Assembly: GCA_905195085.1 (NCBI GenBank) | Contig: CAJJUK010000002.1 | Span: forward strand, 19,569 to 83,568 | Direction of reading: 5' to 3' | DNA from: an uncultured Christensenella sp. | Lineage (GTDB): Bacteria; Bacillota; Clostridia; Christensenellales; UBA1242 | Length of the DNA: 64,000 nucleotides | Shown here: in pieces, positions 52,101 to 61,100 of the stretch | How the letters are laid out: each line of letters opens with the position of its first letter | Numbering within the stretch: position 1 is the first letter of the stretch | Notes under the pieces: model-generated | The model's database searches: none | Told to the model about the DNA's origin: nothing | The model's input: only the letters and a program-made list of their open reading frames with translations | Position numbers and translations under genes: made by a program

Positions 52101-55100
52101 TCCATCGTTCCACTTGTTGAATTATTTCCATTAAAGGTGATTTGATATTGATTTGCACCCCAAATTGCGTACAAGTTGAACACACCACTTTCTGCAAGTC
52201 TTGAAACTGATTGTCCATCGGTATAAGCTGCATCAGTTGACTGTGGAGAAAGTCCCCAACCACCAAATGCATAACCATCTCTTGACCAACCAAGAGTTTC
52301 AATTGTGGTCAAATTGATTGGTGTGTCATACTTAGCATTCAAATCAACTGTTTGAGTTGAACCAGTTCCACCATTCAAATTAAATCTGATAATGTAATCA
52401 TTTTCATTTGATGTAACTTGAATTCCAACATTTCCAGCAGGCATAGTGAATGCATTGTCAGAAACTGTGACTTGTGTTTCTCCAACACTTTCATATCCTT
52501 TAAAGTTGAATCCACCATAAAGTTTGTATGTGATTGTCACAGATGTTCCATAGACAACAGTATAAACTCCATCTGTTCCACCAGAAACACCTGTTCCTGT
52601 TGCAGTGACACTTTCAAAACCTTTATCCTTTGTCAAAGTCAAGGTGTAAGAAAGGATATCCCACTCTGCTGTCAAAGTGTCATTTCCTGCACCAAATGTA
52701 TAGATTTTTGATTCTTCGTCAAATGAACCAACTCCATTGAACGTCCAACCGCCAAAGTCGAAACCTTCGCGCGAAACATCCAGAACTTGGTAAGTTGTTT
52801 GATAGTATTGTCTGATTGTTGTGCTTGTTCCAGCATAAGTTCCGCCGTTTGTATTGATTGTCAATGTGTATTGGTTTCTGCTGAAATAAATTGCAATGTT
52901 TGTTGTTCCATCTGCAGAAATAGTCATAACTGTATCATTATCAATTGATGATCTTGTTGCGTCATAACTAAATCCTGTATATTCATACTTCTTTCCATTG
53001 ATTGTGATTGAAGTATTTGATGTTGCAAAAGTAATTCTCGAATCACTTGTCCCTGTTCTTGGATCTGTCAAAGTTGCTGTTGCTTCATAAGCACCTGTTG
53101 TGTTTGCTTGATAGATTGTCACCGTGTATGGAGTGTTTGCATCAGCGCCCCAAACAGCATGCAAGTTGATTGTTGCACCATCAGTTTCAGTCAAGTTGAT
53201 AACTTGTGCTTCATCTGCATAAACAACTTCTCCACCAGCACTTTCTGCCCAACCAAGGAATGAGTAACCAGTTTTTACAAATGCATTCTTTGTCAAATTC
53301 TTTGCAACGCCATAAGTCATTGACAAATCAGTCATAGTTCCACTTGTTGAACCATTTCCGTTGAACACGATTGTGTATGTGTGAGCTCTCCAAGAAGCAT
53401 AAAGAGTTGTCTCTTCTGCTCTTGCCCACTTGCCACCAGAAGTATATCCTGCAACATCGGAAACCAAACTTCCATCTGTGTTAATAACAAGTGTTCCACC
53501 ATTCATTTCAGTTGTCCAACCAAGGAAGGTGTGTCCAACTTTTTGTGGATTTGTGATTGTGAAACTTGTTGTTTCTTCATATTTTGCAACAACACTCAAT
53601 GTTCCTTCAGTTGTTGCACCATTTTGATTGAGATTGATTGTGATATCGTTTGCTGTCCACTTTGCAGTCAACGTGATGTTTCCGTAGGTGTTTGCGGGTA
53701 TTGTCAAAGTGTTCTTTGTTTCAGAATCAACTGTTGTTTGTTCAATTGTTGGGAGTGTGTCAGAGTGAGTTCCGTCTGTCCATGATACAACATCCCATCC
53801 AGCAAATGTATATCCCGTTCTTGTTGGATTAGAAAGAGTGAAAGTCTGTTCTCCAGCAAAAGTTGTCTCATAACTTGTTGGATTCCCAGAACCATTTACA
53901 CCACCATTTCCAAGTTCGTATGAAATTTGATATTCAACTGACTCAAGGAAAATGTAAAGACGATCACTATTTTCAGTTTTTACAAAAGGATTATATGGAT
54001 ATTCAGTCGAATCTGGTGTCAATGCATCGAGGTTTGTACTATATCCTTTATATTCATATCCATTTGCCACAACCAAATTAGAATATGTAACTGTCGCTCC
54101 ATAATCTACCAATCTATAGATATCTCCACCTGTTGCTGTAAATATTTCAGTTCCATCTTCATCTGTAATTGTTACAGTTATAGAAAATGCACTAAAATTT
54201 GAACTATACCCGTTCAAGGCTCCATAAGTTGTCAATTTTAAGTTTGTATCAATATAGTATTGATTTCTTGTGTAGTAATAGTTCACAACTGTGCTTCCAT
54301 CTGCTTTGACAACAACAGTTTGTGTTGTTGGTGATGTGAAGCCTGTGTATGTCTTAACATATGGAGTAACTTCACTGTCCGTTGTTCCAACCAAATTGTC
54401 TGTGTCTTTTAAATCCCAGTGAATTGAATTTGTTGTGCTTGGATTTGAAATTCCAATTTTTTCTTGATAGTGATTTACGATGTATGGTGTATCTGGATTT
54501 GCTGTCCATTGTGCAGTCAATTGCAAGTTGTCGGTGTAAATCCAGTTTCCATTTTCATCAGTATAACCAGAAACTCCAACTTTCAAAGCACCAGTTTCTG
54601 TGATGACTTGTGTTGCACCAGCACCCCAACCAGCAAATTGATAGCCTTGTCTTTCTGCTCTTGGAGCAACCTCATTTGAAAGCACACCATTTGTGTTTGT
54701 CATGTAAATCTTGTTGCTGTCATATTGAACATAAACAGTTTGAGCAACACCATCAAGCATATTCCCACCATTTGTATCCAATGTGATTGTGTAGATATTT
54801 GCTGTCCAATGTGCAAACAATGTGTGATTGTCTGGGTTTGTCACTGTTGTCGAACTTGTCACTTGTGTTCCAGCAGTTGCATCTGTCCACCAACCAGCAA
54901 ATGTATATCCTGTTCTTGTTGGTGTTGGGATTGTCCCATATGTGTTTGCAAATGTCACTATCATAGTTGCAAGTGAAACATTTCCACCATTTGCATCAAG
55001 AGTGACCGTGAGTTGTTTTGCCACACCACTTGCAGTAATCACAATGTTTCCATTGATAAAGTCTTTCTTGATTGTCACTGCACCAGTTGTTGAACTGTAT

Positions 55101-58100
55101 GTGTAACCATCATCAACAACCAATGTTGTGGTTCCAACAACGACTGTGATTGTTGTTGGCAAATTGTATCCAGCATCTGGTGTGATTGTGAAGTTAACAT
55201 CATTTGCATAAGTGATTACTGTCTTTGGAGCATCGGCATTTTCGCTCAAGTTTGTCAAATTGTATGTGATTGTGTTTGTATCTGCGCTCCAAATTGCATA
55301 CAAAGTAACTGTTGAGCCGTCAGCTGTTGTGAGAGCGTCTTCGATCAGTTGTCCATCTGTAAATTCAACAGTTGAAGCACCTGAAGTTCTGTTCCAACCT
55401 AAGAATGAATAACCAGTCTTTGTGAATGTGTTTGTTGTAAGTGCCTTGTCTGTGAAGTAGTCCATTTCCAAGTTATCCATTGTTCCAACGCCAGTGTTGT
55501 TGTTGAAAGCAATTGTATATCTAAGAACTCTGCTTGTCACGACGATATAATATGCAACCTCTCCGTTTGCACTTGCAGTATAATTGAATGTAAAGTTGTA
55601 TGTTGCACTGAATTTGTCACCGGCAATTGTTCCAACTCCGCTTGTTGGAGCACTTGTTGTTCCGCCGGTCATCTTGTCGATAACATATCCAGTTTTTGTT
55701 GTCACAGTGATTGAAACTTCACTGCCATAAACAATGTTTGCTGTTCCACTTTGTGTGTAATCTGTTCCGTTGATTGTAATTTTTTCAATTTGATCACTGT
55801 CAATTGTGAAATTCAATCCATAACTGTTTGTTGACCATTTTGCATAGAGAACGACATTTGCTGAAGCATTTTGCCATTTTCCGTCTGCTGTTGTGTATCC
55901 TTCAATTCCAGCAATCAATTTTCCGTCAACACCAACCACAACAACTCCAGCATTTTGTGCAGTTGTCCAACCTTCAAAAGTTGCACCTGTCTTTTGTGGA
56001 TTTGTGATTGTAAAGCCTGTTGTTGTTTCATAAATTGCTTGAACTGAAGATGTTCCTGGAACTGTTGCTCCATTTGAATCAAGAGAGATTGTGTATGTGT
56101 TTGCTGACCAATCTGCGTAGAAGGTCTTGTTTCCAAGGCTTCCTACAGGAATTGATGTGACAACATCGTCATCTAATGTTTCAGACTCATACCAACCAGC
56201 AAATGTATATCCAGTTTTTGTCAAGTTTGCAGCAACTGGAAGTGTCACACTTTGAGTTGTCTTATATGATGTTGTTGGATTGAATCCTGTTGTCCATGCA
56301 CCACCATTAAGAACATAGTCAATTGTGTAATCTACTGCTGTGAATTTGGCATACAAATTGAAATGTCCTGTTGAACCAAACGCATATTCATATTGAGCAT
56401 TTGTAGAGATTGCATCGCCTGAGCAAGAAGAATTTGTGAACCAACCATCAAAGCGATATCCTTCTTTTGCATCAGCGAAGATTTGTGTTGTTTGTGTTGG
56501 TCCAGTGTAACCCCAACTGTAAGATGTTGTAGCCTCACTTGTGTCGCCTTCATAAACTCTCACAGTTCCACCAGAAGCATCGCCAGATTTTCCTTCTGTG
56601 ACGGCAGTTGCAGTTCCTGTAACCAAATAGCACGCACGAATTTCAATTGTGATTCCAGCATCAGTGTCTGCTTCAGAAATTGCATACACTCCGTCTGAAA
56701 GTGTTGTTGAACCCCATTCAGTTCCTAAAACCCATTTGCTGAATGAGTAGAGTGCATTTGCGCCATTCATCTTTGGAGAGTATGAAAGAGTAATGACATC
56801 TCCTGTTTTGTATGTCGCAGTGTATTCTCCAGTATCAGATCCCATGACAGAACCTTCATAGGCTCCACCAGAGAAGTTTGCAATGTGCACTTGAACAGTT
56901 TTTGCTGTCCAATATGCATACAATGTGTGATTTTCTTCTCTTGTCACACTTGTTGTTTCTTCGATCTTTGTCTTTCCAGAAACGCTTGCATTGTCAGCAA
57001 GTTTTTCTGTGTACCAACCAGCAAAGTTATAACCAGCCTTTGTTGGAGTTGGAAGTGTTCCATAAGTTTCTGCAAATGTAACCGTCTTGCTTGCAGTTCC
57101 AACAGTTCCACCATTTGCGTCAAATGTCACAGTTGGTGTCTTTGGAGTTGCACTTGCAGTGATTACAATGTTTCCAACAACCTTATCTGCAAAGATATTG
57201 ATTGTTGCGTTTTGTTTGTCTGTGTCAACCACATATGTGTAATCAGTGTTAACGTTTGCTGCCTGACCATTGATTGTCACTGAAATTGAGTTTGGCAAAT
57301 CATATCCATAAACTCTGTGAAGATATGCACTGTAAGCTACACCACTTGTTGCAGAATCAGAGCCTGTGTATGTGATATTCTCCAAATCGAATGTCACAGT
57401 GTTAACACCTGCAACGCCAGTAATGATGATTTCAACATTTTCATTGATATATCCGCTGTTGATTGTAAGTGTTGCAGATTTGTTTTCATTTGTTCTTGTG
57501 TAAGTATAACCAGAATCAATAACTGAATTTCCAACCTTAACAATGATTGTTGAAGGCAAAGAATATCCAGTGTTTGCTGTGAATGTTGCAGTCACATTTG
57601 CACTGTGAGATGCAACTGATTTTGTTGAATTTTCTCCAACTGTCACATTTTGAGTTGTGTATGTCACAGTTTGAGTGTTTGCTGTCCATTTTGCATACAA
57701 AGTATGATTGCTTGAGTTTACAACTTGTGTTGAACTTGTAACTTCGTTTATGCAACCAGCTTCTTTGAACCAACCACCAAATGTGTATCCAATTCTTGTT
57801 GCTGTTGCAAGTTCTCCATAAGTTCCATTGAATGCAACAACTTTTGAACTTGGAGAAATTGAAACATTATCTCTTGCGTAAGATGTTGTGATGTTTGAGT
57901 CAAATGTAACAACGATGTTGTCTTTTGCTGTCCATTGTGCAAACAATTCGCTGTCGCTTGTTGCAATCCAGTTTCCGCTTGCATCAGTCCAACCTGAAAC
58001 ATTTGCAATCAAAGCACCAGCATTTGAGATCACTTGAACTCCACCACTTGCAACAGTCCACCAACCATTGAAGTTGTATCCGTCTCTGCTTGCAACTGGA

Positions 58101-61100
58101 GAGATTTTTGAACCAGAAATTTCATTAGGGAATGTTGATGCAGTTCTGCCTGTGTAGAAACTTGTGTCAGCGTATGCAATGTAAACCAAACCATTAGAAG
58201 GAGTGATTGTAACATCTGAAGTTCCTGTTCCTTGGTTTGCATTCAATTTAACTTCATAAACGTTTGCTTGCCACAATGCATTCAAAGTTACATCGCCATA
58301 CATTCCACCAAGATTCTTTTGTGCTGGATATTCTGTGTTTAATACCCAGTTTCCTTCAACATCTGTAGCTTTCCAATTCATAAATGAATAACCACTTCTT
58401 GTGATGTTTGGAAGGGAATCACCACTTTCGATTGTATAAGTTGTCACAGCAGAAGGATCCAGTGTTCCGCCATCATTAACATAAGTGATGGTGTAATCAA
58501 TGATGTCCCAATGAGCATAAAGAACTTGACCATCAAGATTTGATGTTGTCCAGTTGTTTTCAAGCACACCATTGCTGTTGATAACCATTGTTCCATCTGT
58601 TTCGTCTGTAAACCAACCAAGGAAGTCATAACCATTTCTTTGTGCCTTTGGAGCAATCACATCTCCTTCAGGAGCATAAGGATATGCATCTCCCGTTCTT
58701 GCAGCATAGATGTTTTTGCTGTCATATGTGATGTAAATTGTTCCGTCTGTTTCAACAAAACTTGGTTGTGATTTTGTTGAAGAATCATAATTAAGATTCA
58801 ATGTAACTTCAACAGTGTTTGCATTCCAATTTGCTGTTAAAACACTGTTTCCAGCACCAAATGTGAATGTTGTTCCACTGAGATTTCCAAAACCACCTGT
58901 AAGTGTCCAGCCAGAGAAAGTATATCCTGCTCTATCTGGATTGTTTACAGTATAGGTTTCTTCAAAATATCTTGTAATTTGTGTATCTTCACTTGAAGAA
59001 TCATACTGACCACCATTAGGTTTGATTGTCAATGTGTATTGATTTCTTGAATAGTAAAGTTTGAATACAGTTGTTCCAACAACTTGACCATCACGATATT
59101 CAGCAGTCAAAACTTTCGTCATATCTTCAGCAGTTGTTTTATTGTTATCGAATGAGAACCCTGCCTTTGTGTAAACTGTTGAGCTGATTGTAATTTCAGT
59201 GTTGATAAGTCCAGAAAGTCCATTGGTAATCACTTCTGAAGGAGCGCTATCTTCTGGATAATTTCCATTTGTATCCATCAAATATACATTGATTTTGTAA
59301 GTAACCTGTCCTGGTGTTGCCACTACTGAAAGTGAAACATTTGAAGCAGGCATACCAAATGAATTTGATGAGAATGCCAAACCTTCTGGAGAAATCACTG
59401 CAAAGCTTGGATTTGTGTAACCTGCCAAAAGTCCAGCAGAAACTGTGACTGTTTCACCAAAGAAAATTCCACTGAATGTCACATTCTTTCCAGAAGTGCT
59501 TCCGGATAATGTTCTTGTTCCGTTTGTTTGTGTGTCTTTTGCTGTTGCAGAAACAGATGCAATTCCTGTCTGCATTTCAACAGTCATTGAATATGCATCT
59601 CTTGTGTAGAGCAAATAAACCCTAAGTGAACCATCTGCTTGAACAACAAGACTGTTTCCTGCGACATTTGTCACAACGGTTGAAGATTTGGTAAATCCAG
59701 TCAAAGTTTTGTAATAAGAATTGATTGTATCTTCAGAAATTGTTGAACCACTTATACCCTGTTTTGTTTCTGCACTGCCTGTCAATGTGTAGTTTGACAT
59801 ATCAGAAACGCTGAATTCTGTTCTGCCATTCTTTGCTGCATCAATTGTCTGTGTATAGTGGTAAACAGTGTAATCAACAGAACCAGCAGTCCAGATTGCA
59901 TACAATGTTATACTTCCACCATCGTTTGCAACAAGACCTGTGTTGTTGCTTGATGTGATTGTTGTTCCAGTTCCATCTGCCTTTGTGTTCCAAGAAGCAA
60001 AAGCATAGCCCGCTCTGTCATATCTTGAAGAAATGTCAACTGCTTGATTGTAATAATATTCCGCAACCTTTGACATTCCGTCTTTTAAAACGGCTGTTCC
60101 TTGATAGTTGCTATCATTTGGATCGTATGTCACAGTATAAGAATTTGCTTGTCTGATTGCATAAAGATTGAGATTTCCATTGATTGTGTAGGTCATATCG
60201 CCAGGATTATATATTGTTCCACCTGTTGAACTTGTTGCCCAATATTGGAAAGTCCAACCAGTCACATCGAAATTAAACAAACCGTTATTAATGCCAAGAA
60301 CAGTGTATGTTTGGTCAAACGTAGCCTTCAAAGTGTCTGCTTGATTTGTTGTCGTGTCGTCAAAGTTCTTAAAGTATGTAACAGTAAACTGTCTTGCTGT
60401 CCAATGAGCATACAAGGTGATTTTGTATGTTCCGTCCTCATAAACAACGCCAGTTCCAACAACGGACTCATTTGTAATTTGTGTTCCGCTTGTTGCATCT
60501 GTAAACCAACCACTGAAGCTGTACCCATCTCTAGATGCATTAACAAGTCCAATCTTGCTTGTTGAAGAATTTGCCTTGTCATAAATTGCCTCAGAATAGT
60601 TTGTCCCATATTTCACATAAAGTGTTGTGTGAGAAACTGTAGGAGTTGTACTTCCAGTTCCTTTGTTTACATTCAAAGTAACTTCAACATAATCTGCTTC
60701 CCAAATTGCATATATGTCAATATTGCCAGAATTTGCGAGATTCAAAACAGAGTTGTTTGTTGAGCTGAAAGTTCCGTTATTTCCAGAGATTGCTCCATTT
60801 GTCAAACCTGTAATTTGAGAACCATCACTGTTGAACCAACCTTTGAATGTGTAACCCGTTCTCTTAACTCCAGCAGTGAATGTTCCTGTTTGATCAAATG
60901 TTGCAGTGAGTTGAGAATTTGCAACAGAAACTGTAACATTGTTTCCTGCTGTCAAACTTGTGATAGTTCCACCATTTCCATTCAAGGTGATGGTGTATTT
61001 GTTTGCTGTCCATTGTGCATAAAGGGTTGTTGCAGTCGCTGTTGTCCAGTTGGAAATCAAAGTTCCGTCTGCATTGATAACTTTTGTTCCATCTTTTGCT

